Assembly (NCBI GenBank): GCA_963775425.1
Contig: CAVZJB010000004.1
Span: 224,001 to 288,000, forward strand
DNA: 64,000 nucleotides
Direction of reading: 5' to 3'
Origin: an uncultured delta proteobacterium
GTDB lineage: Bacteria > Myxococcota > UBA727 > VGSZ01
The translations under genes were made by a program, and so were the position numbers. This document shows positions 9,282 through 18,120 of this stretch, in pieces (within the stretch, counting starts at the first letter, position 1; every line of letters begins with the position of its first letter). A model generated the notes under the pieces. The model was not told the DNA's origin, did no database searches, and saw only the letters and a program-made list of their open reading frames with translations.

Positions 9282-9611
9282 AAGGCTGACGAAGAATAAG
9301 GCTCGCCGCGCGGAGTACGTGGCGAGGCACGTCGGCGCGCAAGAACCGCTGCAACACCGACGTGCCTCGATGCGACGTCGGCGCGGACTTCAGGCGGTGA
9401 GCTTCGCGAAGGCGAGACAACGTCGCCACCGCCGGAGCGGAAAGGAGCGGAGAGCTCTGCGCCCCGGCGCTCAACTCGGCGCGCGTCTTCGTCGCCGAGC
9501 TCGGAGCTCCTTCCGCTCCGCCGTGTGGCCGTAGCACCGTCCCCTTCCAGGTGGCTCGGATCAACGGTCCATCGGGCCAGCCCTCGTCGCCACTCGCGGC
9601 GCAGCCTCTGA
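9278..9611. mobile_element. MITE-like non-coding element, copy 1
   Basis: CTGA-AAGGCTGACG...GCAGCCT-CTGA: short terminal inverted repeat with flanking CTGA direct repeats. Shares three conserved blocks with 57974-58377. Confidence 0.7.
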
Positions 9612-9628
9612 GCGGTAGCATCGCGCGC

Positions 9629-10180
9629 ATGAGACACGCGACCACCGCCGCCTTCCTCTTCGCGGGGCTGATCCTGGCGGGCGCCTGCGCGCCCACCCGC
9701 CAGTCCTGGGACAACACCTTCACCGGCGACGGCGAGGACGCGTTCATCCTCGACGACGACTTCGTCTGTCTCGGCGACGACAGCTACCAGAAGGTCGGCG
9801 AGGTGCGCGTCAAGAACGTGCTCGGCCACGAAGACGAGGCGGTCGCGGTCGCGCAGAACAAGACCAAGGGGGACGCATACCCCGTCGGCACCGTCATCCA
9901 GCTCTTCCCGTTCGAGGCCAGCGTCAAGCGCGGCGCGGGCTTCTCCAAGGAGACCCACGACTGGGAGTTCCTCACGCTCAACGTCGACAGCGGGGAGACC
10001 GTCATCACCGCCCGCGGCACCACCGACGTCAGCAACCTCGGCGGCACGTGCTTGAGCTGCCACGGCCAGGCCACGGACTTCGACCTCGCCTGCTTCAGCA
10101 ACGACGAGTGCCCCGCGCTGCCGTTCTTCATCGACACCCACGTCGACCCGAGCACCGACGACGCGCGCTGCAAGAGCTAA
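9629..10180 (+). CDS. Monoheme c-type cytochrome lipoprotein (cytochrome P460-like architecture)
   Basis: Lipobox-like LAGAC; YPVGTVI, DWEF and a late CLSCH heme-binding motif. Confidence 0.7.
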   Translation: MRHATTAAFLFAGLILAGACAPTRQSWDNTFTGDGEDAFILDDDFVCLGDDSYQKVGEVRVKNVLGHEDEAVAVAQNKTKGDAYPVGTVIQLFPFEASVKRGAGFSKETHDWEFLTLNVDSGETVITARGTTDVSNLGGTCLSCHGQATDFDLACFSNDECPALPFFIDTHVDPSTDDARCKS

Positions 10181-10533
10181 CCGGCGTCGCTCGCGTCGCC
10201 CCGCCCGCGCGCCTCGTCGACCACGTGCCGCACCGCGCGCTCGGCGCCGCGGGCGTCGGCGACGCCGATGAACCCGACGCGGACCGGCCGATGAGGATGA
10301 AGGGGACCCCGACGAGGCCGAACGCGCCGCCGACGACGCCATGACGGTCCAGAAGATCGCGAACGCGGTCCAGGGGATGGCGAACAGCAGCACCGGCAGC
10401 GCCTGCAGGGCGACCTTGGCCGGGAGCGGCTGCGCCGCCCATGTCACCCGCTCGAAGGGCTCGAGCTCGCGGGCGAGGAAGTCGCGAGCGCGTCATGGGC
10501 GGGGGACGCCGATGTCGAGGGGAGGGGCGGCAT
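10177..10533 (-). pseudogene. Decayed membrane protein gene
   Basis: Pieces joined by frame changes: MPPLP..HDAL / RDFLARELEPFERVTWAAQP..FAIPWTAFAIFWTVM / GAFGLVGVPFILIG / VGFIGVADARGAERAV..TAG. TATCCT lies 5 nt before the ATG. Confidence 0.6.
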
Positions 10534-10560
10534 GGCCAAGGATAACGCCGCGCCCGCCGG

Positions 10561-11985
10561 TCAGGGGCAGGACAGCTCGAGCGTCTCGTCCTCGTGAAAG
10601 AACTCCACCTCTTCCCAGAGGCAATCGAGGTCGCCGTCCCAGCGCTCCCGGTACAGGCGCAACAGGCGCTCGGCGAAGGTCTCGCCCGCCTCGACGCTGT
10701 CGAAGAGCGTGCGCAGGTAGCGCGACTCGTCGGCGCCCTCCTCGTCCTTCGCGCCGATGCGGACGAGGCCGTCTCGCGCGATCTCGACGAGCCGGGCGCA
10801 GCGCTCGAGGATCTCCTCGCCGCGGTACTTCGCGCGGTAGCCGTGGACCGCGACGTCGGCGCGCAACATGAACAGCTCTTCGGAGGTGGGCTCGTCCATC
10901 AACGCCCACGTCTCTTCGCGCGCGGTGACGTCGTACAGGAAGCCCTTGTGCAGCGCGGGCAGCGCGCAGATGCGGCTCCACGGCCCGCAGTCGGCGGAGC
11001 GGACCTCGAGGACACGCTTGGCGCGCACCTCGGGGAAGACCGTGGTGAGGTGATCGGTGAAGTCACGCGACGTGGCGCGCACGCGCTCTCCGCCGAGCAA
11101 CAGGCCGTCCTCCATGAACGCGCGGAAGCTCGCGCCTGCGACGTCGTGGTGTACGCCGCCGCGACGCACGAAGTACATCGGGACGTCGAGCACCCAGTCG
11201 AGGTAGCGCTCGTAGGAGAAGTCGCGCGCCAGCACGCACGGGGGAAAGCCCGAGCGCTGCGGATCGGTGTCCGCCCACACCCGCGTGCGCTCCGACAGCG
11301 CGCCGGACGGCTCGCCCTCGACGAACGGGCTGTTGGCGAACAGGGCGGCCACCAGCGGCGCCACCGCGAGCGCCGCCTGGTACGACAGCACCATGTCGCG
11401 CTCGTCGCTCCAGTCGTAGTTGGCCTGCACCGTGGCGGTGCGCTTCATCATGTCGAGGCCGCGCGCGCCGACCTTGGGCATGTAGCGGACCATGACGCCG
11501 TAGCGGCTCTTGGGGACGAGGGGCATCTCGTCCCACGTCGCCGTCGGGTGGAACCCCATGCCGATGAAGCCCACGCCGCGCGGGATGCAGATGTGGCGGA
11601 GGAGCTGGAGGTGCTCGCCGACCTCGAGGCAGGTCTGGTGGATGGTCTCGACGGGCGCGCCGGACAGCTCGAGCTGTCCGCCGGGCTCGAGCGTGATGGA
11701 CGCGCCGTCGGTGTGGAACAGCGCGATGGTGCGGCCGTTGTCGGTGGCGCGCACCCAGGCGAGATCCTCGGTGGCGATGGTCTCGAGGATCCGCTCGATG
11801 CCGTTTTTGCCGTCGAAGGGCAGCGGGAGGTGGCTGCCGCGGAGAAAGCCGAACTTCTCGTGTTCCGTTCCCACGCGGAACCGCGCTCGCGGCTTCTCCG
11901 CCTCGACGAAAGTGGCGACGAGCTCGTCCCGCGAGCGCAGCGGCTCGCCGGGATCGTCGCGGTCGGTCGGGAGGGGCGTGCTCAT
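10561..11985 (-). CDS. gshA: Glutamate--cysteine ligase (plant/alphaproteobacterial GCS2 type)
   Basis: RVGTEHEKFGF, ITLEPGGQLELSGAP, PKSRY..M..YMPKVG..GLDMM, ALFANSPF, DHLTTVFPEVR, LEVRSAD. Confidence 0.95.
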   Translation of the reverse strand: MSTPLPTDRDDPGEPLRSRDELVATFVEAEKPRARFRVGTEHEKFGFLRGSHLPLPFDGKNGIERILETIATEDLAWVRATDNGRTIALFHTDGASITLEPGGQLELSGAPVETIHQTCLEVGEHLQLLRHICIPRGVGFIGMGFHPTATWDEMPLVPKSRYGVMVRYMPKVGARGLDMMKRTATVQANYDWSDERDMVLSYQAALAVAPLVAALFANSPFVEGEPSGALSERTRVWADTDPQRSGFPPCVLARDFSYERYLDWVLDVPMYFVRRGGVHHDVAGASFRAFMEDGLLLGGERVRATSRDFTDHLTTVFPEVRAKRVLEVRSADCGPWSRICALPALHKGFLYDVTAREETWALMDEPTSEELFMLRADVAVHGYRAKYRGEEILERCARLVEIARDGLVRIGAKDEEGADESRYLRTLFDSVEAGETFAERLLRLYRERWDGDLDCLWEEVEFFHEDETLELSCP

Positions 11986-12013
11986 CCGGGGGATCGATGC
12001 TAACGGTCTACTG

Positions 12014-12820
12014 ATGCGCGACGTCGGTGGCGGTTTCGTTCTCGGGCGCTTTTGGTCCGGCGCGTCGTTCGCAGCAAGCGGAATTCGGCTGACCCTCCGG
12101 CACCGCAAGCTGCTCGTCTGGTCGATCGTCCCCATGATCGTGCAGGCGTTGATCTTCGCCGCCCTCGTCGCGTTCGGGCTGTATTTCGCCGGCGACCTCG
12201 TCGATCGCTTCCGCCCGGACGCCGGCCACTGGTACAGCTTCATCGGCAGCGTGCTCTACGTCGCCGCCGTCGTCCTGGTCGTCATCGGCGCCGTGGTGGG
12301 CTCGCTCTTCCTCGGCGGGGCCGTCTGCGATCCGTTCTACGACGCGCTCTCCGAGGCCACCGAGGCCATCCTCCTCGGACGTGAGGTGTCGTCGCCGTTT
12401 TCGGTCCCCGGCGTGGTGCGGGGCATCCTGCGCGAGCTGGTCGCGCTCGTGTGGATGCTCGCGGCGTACGCGGCGGTGGCCCTCCCACTGTGGCTGTTGT
12501 CCCTCACCGGCGTCGGCTCCGTGGTCACCGTCCCGCTGTCGCTCATGTGGACCTGGATGTTCGTCGCCTACGCCGGGCTTCAGCGAGCGATGGCCCGCCA
12601 CGCCGTCCCCGGCGCGGGCCGGCTCGGCGCCGTCTTCGGCGTGCGCTCCCTGTCGCTCGGGTTCGGCGCCGTCGGCTGGTTGATGTCGCACGTGCCCTTG
12701 ACGTATCCCTTCCTCGTCGTCGGCGGCACGCGCCTGTATCTCGCGCTGGCGGCGTACGATCGCGTACAGAGCACCCTCACCGACGCCGACAAGCGAGCCC
12801 TATGCGCCACCTCTTCGTGA
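12014..12820 (+). CDS. EI24/CysZ-like membrane protein
   Basis: Several TM helices with the PFYDALSE.TE motif typical of the EI24 domain; overlaps the gshB start. Confidence 0.75.
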   Translation: MRDVGGGFVLGRFWSGASFAASGIRLTLRHRKLLVWSIVPMIVQALIFAALVAFGLYFAGDLVDRFRPDAGHWYSFIGSVLYVAAVVLVVIGAVVGSLFLGGAVCDPFYDALSEATEAILLGREVSSPFSVPGVVRGILRELVALVWMLAAYAAVALPLWLLSLTGVGSVVTVPLSLMWTWMFVAYAGLQRAMARHAVPGAGRLGAVFGVRSLSLGFGAVGWLMSHVPLTYPFLVVGGTRLYLALAAYDRVQSTLTDADKRALCATSS

Positions 12821-13770
12821 TGGACCCGCTCGACGCCGTGCACCCCGACAAGGACACGACGTTCGCCTTCCTCCTCGAAAACCAGTCCCGCGGCACCGAG
12901 AACCTCGTCTGCGGCGTCACCGATCTGCGGGCCGAGGGCGGCCGCGGCTTCGCGCGGGCGCTGCCGGTGACGGTGCGCCGCCCCACCGCCGACGACCCGC
13001 GCTTCTACGACGCCGGCCCCGCCGTCGACGTCGCGTTCGGCGACGTCGACGTCATCTGGATGCGGAAGGACCCCCCGGTCGACGACGTGTACCTGTACGC
13101 GTGCATGCTGCTCGACCTCGCCCCCTGCCTCGTCGTCAACGACCCGCGCGGGCTGCGCGTGACGCACGAGAAGCTCTGGTCCCTGACGGCCGAGGAGGTG
13201 ACGCCCGCGCAGGTGGTCTCGTCGCGGCCCGACGACCTCGTCGACTTCGTCAAGCGCCGCGGCCGGGGCGTGCTCAAGCCGCTGCACATGATGGGCGGCA
13301 TGGGCGTGTTCGCGTTCGACAAGGACGACAAGAACCTGCGCTCCGCCGCCGACCTCCTCACCCTCGAGGGCACGCGGCCCGCGCTGGCGCAGGAGTACCT
13401 GCCGGAGGTGCGCCAGGGGGACAAGCGCGTGATCCTCATCGACGGCGAGCCCGTGGGCGCCGTGCTGCGCGTGCCCCGCGACGACGACAACCGCAGCAAC
13501 ATGCACGTGGGCGGCATCGCCAGGCGCGCCGACGTCGACGACGACGACAAGAGGATCGCGCGGCTGCTGGCGCCAGGCCTCGCCGAGCTCGGCATGATCT
13601 TCGTCGGCATCGACGTCATCGGCGGCAAGCTGACCGAGGTGAACGTCACGAGCCCGACGGGCGCGCAGGAGATCGACGCCCTGGACAACAGGACCGGCGC
13701 CGGCACCATCGCCGCGCTGGTCCTGGACGCCGTGGCCCGCCACGGGGCAAACCGGCTCGCCCGTCGATGA
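12802..13770 (+). CDS. gshB: Glutathione synthetase
   Basis: FVMDPL....DKDTT, WMRKDPP, EKL, KPL..MGG, GDKRVILIDG, RSNMHVGG, VGIDVIG..LTEVNVTSPTG. Confidence 0.96.
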   Translation: MRHLFVMDPLDAVHPDKDTTFAFLLENQSRGTENLVCGVTDLRAEGGRGFARALPVTVRRPTADDPRFYDAGPAVDVAFGDVDVIWMRKDPPVDDVYLYACMLLDLAPCLVVNDPRGLRVTHEKLWSLTAEEVTPAQVVSSRPDDLVDFVKRRGRGVLKPLHMMGGMGVFAFDKDDKNLRSAADLLTLEGTRPALAQEYLPEVRQGDKRVILIDGEPVGAVLRVPRDDDNRSNMHVGGIARRADVDDDDKRIARLLAPGLAELGMIFVGIDVIGGKLTEVNVTSPTGAQEIDALDNRTGAGTIAALVLDAVARHGANRLARR

Positions 13771-13792
13771 GCGGTGCGCTAGACCTGGGAAC

Positions 13793-14950
13793 ATGAGATC
13801 TCTCCTCCTCCTCGCCGGGTCCTCGCTCGTCGGCTGCCTCCTCGTGGGGGGCCTCGCGGTCACGGCCGGCTGCCCGAACGGCGTCGAAGGCGAGGGTGAG
13901 GGCGAAGGCGACGTCGGCGAGGGCGAAGGCGAGGGCGAAGGCGAAGGCGACGAGGGCGAAGGCGAAGGCGAAGGCGAAGGTGAAGGTGAGGGCGAAGGCG
14001 AAGGCGAGGGCGAGGGCCCCTGCGCGCCGACGCCCACCTGCGCCCTGGCGCCCACCTCGACGCTCACGCTGTCGGCCAGCGGCGCCGGCGAGCCCGCCGT
14101 GGCCGTCGACAACGGCGGGCCGCTCACGGTGGGGTCGAGCACCCGCGGCGACGTCGAGGCCGCCCTCGGCGCCGGCAGCCCCGACCCGCAAAACGCCTTT
14201 CGCGTCTCCTACTGCGCCGCGGGCGTCACGGTGCAGTACGTCGACGGCGACGGCAACTTCGACTCCGGCAGCGCCGCCGGCGCATCCAGCGACGTGCTCG
14301 CGCGGGTGCTGACGCTCCCCGGGGCGCTGTTCACGCCGCCTGCGGTCACCGCGGACGGGCAATACACCGTCGACGGCGGCCAGGTGCTGTTCGACTCCGG
14401 GAAGGGCGTCGAGCTGCTCGAGGACGGCGCCAACGTGGTCAAGAGCGTGGTGCTGTTCAAGCGCCAGCCCGGTGACAACTGGGGGCTGTCGATGACGCTC
14501 ACCCCCAACAACGAGCAGCTCGGCACGCTGGACGTCGGCAACAGCCGCTTCAGCGACGCCTCGAGCCTCCTCGGCAGCGACTTCGACGCGCAGGGCACCG
14601 CGCAGGTCTCCACCGGCATCGGCAACGTCACGGTGCAGGTGCGCATCTATGCGTCGCTCGGGCTGCGCCTGGCCGGCGTGTGCAGCGGCGGCTGCAGCGA
14701 GAACACCCGGGTGCAGAGCATCACCGTGTCGCCGCCCTTCCTCGGCACCGACGCCGGCCTCGGCCTCGGCACCGCCCACGCCGACATCGACAGCGCCCTC
14801 CAGCTCACCGGCGACGGCCCCGACGCCAACGGGGTCACCGTGTACGGCAGCACCAGCCTCGGCAGCTCGCCCCTGGGCGTCGTGTACGTGCAGGACGCAC
14901 AGTGCGCGGAGCGCGCGGCCGCGTACATCCTCGGGTACACCCCGCCGTGA
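13793..14950 (+). CDS. Lipoprotein with an N-terminal (Gly-Glu)n linker
   Basis: Lipobox VTAGC, a long GEGE run, then a Gly/Ser/Thr-rich domain with several Cys. Confidence 0.8.
   Translation: MRSLLLLAGSSLVGCLLVGGLAVTAGCPNGVEGEGEGEGDVGEGEGEGEGEGDEGEGEGEGEGEGEGEGEGEGEGPCAPTPTCALAPTSTLTLSASGAGEPAVAVDNGGPLTVGSSTRGDVEAALGAGSPDPQNAFRVSYCAAGVTVQYVDGDGNFDSGSAAGASSDVLARVLTLPGALFTPPAVTADGQYTVDGGQVLFDSGKGVELLEDGANVVKSVVLFKRQPGDNWGLSMTLTPNNEQLGTLDVGNSRFSDASSLLGSDFDAQGTAQVSTGIGNVTVQVRIYASLGLRLAGVCSGGCSENTRVQSITVSPPFLGTDAGLGLGTAHADIDSALQLTGDGPDANGVTVYGSTSLGSSPLGVVYVQDAQCAERAAAYILGYTPP
13886..14017 (+). repeat. Degenerate hexamer tandem repeat (GGYGAR)n encoding (GE)n
   Basis: GGCGAA/GGCGAG/GGTGAG units with synonymous variation. 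Confidence 0.9.
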
Positions 14951-14981
14951 CGCTTCGCCCAAGCGTCGCAAAGGACGCCCG

Positions 14982-16175
14982 ATGATCGTCGAGGAGCTCG
15001 CCCGCACCGCGCTCGCGCTCGCGTCGCTTCTGTGCGTCGGCTGGGCCGTGGTGCTCGCGCGCGTGTGGCGCACCATCGGCGCCATGCGCCGGCTGCCGTC
15101 GACGCCGACGGGGAGCGACGCGGGCACGCGCCCCAAGGTCACCGCCGTCGTCGCCGCGCGCAACGAGGCGGCGAACATCGAGGAGTCCGTGCGCTCGCTG
15201 CTCGCGCAGGACGCCGTGGACATCGAGGTCATCGCCGTCGACGACAACTCCGAGGACGCCACCGGCGCCATCCTCAAGGGCGTCGCCGCCACGGATCCCC
15301 GGCTCGTGGTCGTCGAGGCCAACAAGATCCCGCAGGGCTGGGTGGCCAAGAACTACGCGCTCGAGATCGGCCAGGGCCGGGCCCACGGCGACTGGCTGCT
15401 GTTCACCGACGCCGACGTCATCCACGGGCCGCGCGCCGCCTTCAACGCCGTGGCCGCCATGGAGCGCGAGCGCCTCGACCACCTCGCGGTGCAGCCGCGC
15501 ATCGAGGCGGGCAGCATCGTCGAGGCGCTGGTCCTGCCGCTGTACGTGCTCCTGTGCCAGATCCGCTTCCTCGACCCGCGCGCGGCCCAGCCCGACAGCG
15601 GCATCGGCACCGGCATCGGCGCCTTCAACCTGGTGCGCGCCGACGCATATCGCCTGCGGGGCACGCACGCCCGCATCCGCGGCTCCGTGCTCGACGACCG
15701 CGCGCTCGGCCGCATGATGCGCGAGGACGGCGGCCGCGGCAGCGTGATGCGCGCCGTGGGCCAGGTGCGGATGCGGCCGTATCGCTCCCTCGGCGACCTC
15801 TACGTCGGCATTCGCAAGGGCGTGCTCTCGACGTTCCGCAACAGCGCCCTGCTGACCACGGTGATGGGGCTGGTGCTCCTGGTCGCCGCCGTCGCCCCCG
15901 CGCTGCTCGTCGTCACGGGGCTGCCGCTGTGGCTGTCGGGGACGGCCGCGTGGGTGATGCTGCCGGCCGCGCTCGCGGCGGTGCTGCCGCTCATCGGCCT
16001 GCTGAAGGCGCGCAGCATGGTGCGCTTCGAGCCGCTCGCCGCCCTGCTCTTCCCCTTCGGCGCCCTCGTCATCGCCGCCAGCGCCCTGCACGCCGCCATC
16101 GTCTTCGGCGCCCGCGGCACCGTCGAGTGGCGCGGCCGGCTGTACACGCGCCGCGACCTGCAGAACCTCGGTTAG
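14982..16175 (+). CDS. Membrane glycosyltransferase family 2 (HpnB/CrtQ-like)
   Basis: N-terminal TM, VVAARNEA, VDDNSED.T, P.GW..K, LLFTDAD, GAFNL, DDRALG, C-terminal TMs and WRGR.Y. Confidence 0.88.
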   Translation: MIVEELARTALALASLLCVGWAVVLARVWRTIGAMRRLPSTPTGSDAGTRPKVTAVVAARNEAANIEESVRSLLAQDAVDIEVIAVDDNSEDATGAILKGVAATDPRLVVVEANKIPQGWVAKNYALEIGQGRAHGDWLLFTDADVIHGPRAAFNAVAAMERERLDHLAVQPRIEAGSIVEALVLPLYVLLCQIRFLDPRAAQPDSGIGTGIGAFNLVRADAYRLRGTHARIRGSVLDDRALGRMMREDGGRGSVMRAVGQVRMRPYRSLGDLYVGIRKGVLSTFRNSALLTTVMGLVLLVAAVAPALLVVTGLPLWLSGTAAWVMLPAALAAVLPLIGLLKARSMVRFEPLAALLFPFGALVIAASALHAAIVFGARGTVEWRGRLYTRRDLQNLG

Positions 16176-16201
16176 CCAGCGACCGCTGTGGTCTCGCGCC
16201 G

Positions 16202-16738
16202 TCAGGGGCACGGCGCGAAGACGACCTCGTCCTCGAGGGCCTGCAGGCACTGCGACGACGCGGCCTCGACGTCGTCCTGGGACGCGTCGGGGTCGTTGGC
16301 GCGGCGCTGCAGCTCCCGGGCGGGCGCGCAGCCGGGGGCGTCGACGCAGCGGTCGCCGGCGCCGCACACCTTGTCGACGAGGCTGTCGCAGTTGCCGAGC
16401 TCGCAGCGCGGGAAGCGCCGCGTGTCGGTGAGGGCCTCGGCGCACTGATCCGGTTGGAACTGTTGAAGGAGCGTCGCCGCTTCGCACCCCGGGCTCTGCC
16501 CGCAGGTCTCGCCGCAACACTGGGCGACCAGGTCGCCGCAGGGGTCGCCGACGGCGTCCACGGGCGCGCACTGCGGGCCCGCGTCGGGGCCCGCGTCGGG
16601 GCCCGCGTCGACGCAGACGACGCCGTCGCCGGGCCCGCCGTCGCTCCCGAAGCGTTCGCCGAGCGGCGTACAGCCGGCGACGGCCGCGGCCAGCGCCGTC
16701 AGCGCGAGGGCGAGGAGGCGGTTCAGGGCGCAGGACAC
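16202..16738 (-). CDS. Cys-rich lipoprotein
   Basis: Lipobox AVAGC, DAGP repeats and two similar C.DLV..C.G...C...PGC units; GTG start is approximate. Confidence 0.7.
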   Translation of the reverse strand: MSCALNRLLALALTALAAAVAGCTPLGERFGSDGGPGDGVVCVDAGPDAGPDAGPQCAPVDAVGDPCGDLVAQCCGETCGQSPGCEAATLLQQFQPDQCAEALTDTRRFPRCELGNCDSLVDKVCGAGDRCVDAPGCAPARELQRRANDPDASQDDVEAASSQCLQALEDEVVFAPCP

Positions 16739-18120
16739 GCGGGCTCCTCGGCGAAGGGGGGCGCGACGGTGCCGTCGTCGACGCTCTCGGCGCAACGAAA
16801 GCCGGCGGTGACCGCGAGGCGCCGGATGGTCGCGCGCCACGCGTCGACGTCGCCGGACGCGGGATAGGGCGCGCGCACGGGGAGGTCGTTTTCGAGGAGC
16901 GCCAGCGGCGACACGGCGCCGCCGCCGCGCAGGACGACGGCGTCGGTGCCCGCGGGCAGCTCGGGGACGGCGGGCGCCACGCGGCCGGGGACGAGGGTCC
17001 ACTCGGCGACGTTGCCGCCGAGGTCGGCGACGCCGACGCCCGCGCCGCGCAGCGCGTTCGACGACGAGAAGCTCCCGACGGCGACGGGCGCGCCGGCGCA
17101 GGCGGTGCCGGGGATGCTGAAGTTGGCGACGACGACGCCCGCGCCGTCGTCGTCCCGGCACGACACCGCGGCGCCGTCGTCGTCCCAGGGGTACCGCCCG
17201 CGGACGGCGGGGTCGGCGCGGTGGGCGGCGGCGAAGTCCCACTCGTCGTCGGTCGGCAAGCGCTCGCCGAAGAATTCGCACAGCTCCTCGGCCTCCGCCG
17301 GGACCAGGCCGGTGACGGGCTCGTCGTCCACCACGCCGGCGGCCAGCCGCTGCCGCACCGGGTGCTCGGGGTTGCCCGCGAGGCAGCCGCCGGCGGCGAC
17401 GCAGCGGGCGAAGCGCTCCCAGGTGACCTCGGTGGCGTCGAGCGCGAAGGGCGCGACGTCGACGACGTCGCCGCTCGCCTCCAGGTGCGATCCGCCGGCG
17501 AACGCGGTGAGGTGCCCCTCGAGCGGCGAGACGCCTTGGCAGCACGGATCGTCGTCGACGGCGCAGCGCTGCGGCGGCGCGCCCCGGTCGGCGACGTCGA
17601 AGCGGCCGCACACGGAGTCCTCGAGGGCGTTGACGATGCGGTCGCCGTCGTCGTCGAAGTCGGCGCGCTCGTGGACGAGCTCCACGGTCTTGGCCGCGTA
17701 CGGCTGGAGCGTGACGAGGTCGGACGCGAATTCCGCGAGCTCGGCGCGTCCGCCGCAGCGGTCGGCGCCCTCGAGGGCGAGGATGAAGCGCGCCTTGGCC
17801 GCGTGCACGCGCAGGTGGACGGCGCATGTGCCCGTGGCGTCGCAGGGCACCGGCAGGGGGCTCTTCACCGAGGCGCTCTCGTCGCCGGTGACGACGTCGA
17901 CGGTGAGCGCCTCGCCGCGCCCGTCCTCGACGGTGAGCGTGGCCGAGGGCGCCCGCAGGCCCGGCAGGGCGTTGTCCCCGAGCGAGAGCAACAGGCTCGC
18001 GTCCGCGGGCGGCGCACACCCGCCGAGCAGCGCCAGGGCCGCCGCCGCAGCCCACGCGCAGGGCCCGCGCGCGAACGGCCGCGGCTGCGCGTGCCCCCTG
18101 GCGACCCGCCGGCGCGTCAC
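16723..18120 (-). CDS. Formylglycine-generating enzyme (SUMF1/FGE-sulfatase) domain lipoprotein
   Basis: LLGGC lipobox; FALDATEVT, RLPTDDEWDFAA, YPW, DLGGNVAEW, VLRGG, GFRCA. Confidence 0.82.
   Translation of the reverse strand: MTRRRVARGHAQPRPFARGPCAWAAAAALALLGGCAPPADASLLLSLGDNALPGLRAPSATLTVEDGRGEALTVDVVTGDESASVKSPLPVPCDATGTCAVHLRVHAAKARFILALEGADRCGGRAELAEFASDLVTLQPYAAKTVELVHERADFDDDGDRIVNALEDSVCGRFDVADRGAPPQRCAVDDDPCCQGVSPLEGHLTAFAGGSHLEASGDVVDVAPFALDATEVTWERFARCVAAGGCLAGNPEHPVRQRLAAGVVDDEPVTGLVPAEAEELCEFFGERLPTDDEWDFAAAHRADPAVRGRYPWDDDGAAVSCRDDDGAGVVVANFSIPGTACAGAPVAVGSFSSSNALRGAGVGVADLGGNVAEWTLVPGRVAPAVPELPAGTDAVVLRGGGAVSPLALLENDLPVRAPYPASGDVDAWRATIRRLAVTAGFRCAESVDDGTVAPPFAEEPACPAP

Noticed and set aside
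9278-9611. Repeat blocks with variable inserts read as a CRISPR array or integron attC sites
   Set aside because: The blocks differ from one another, are not tandem, spacing is irregular, and there is no cas or integrase gene.
13886-14017. (GGCGAR)n tract as a non-coding VNTR or phase-variation switch
   Set aside because: The unit is 6 bp, in frame, with synonymous variation; length change would not shift the frame.
16723-18120. FGE-domain gene as a diversity-generating retroelement target
   Set aside because: No reverse transcriptase and no template/variable repeat pair in the window.
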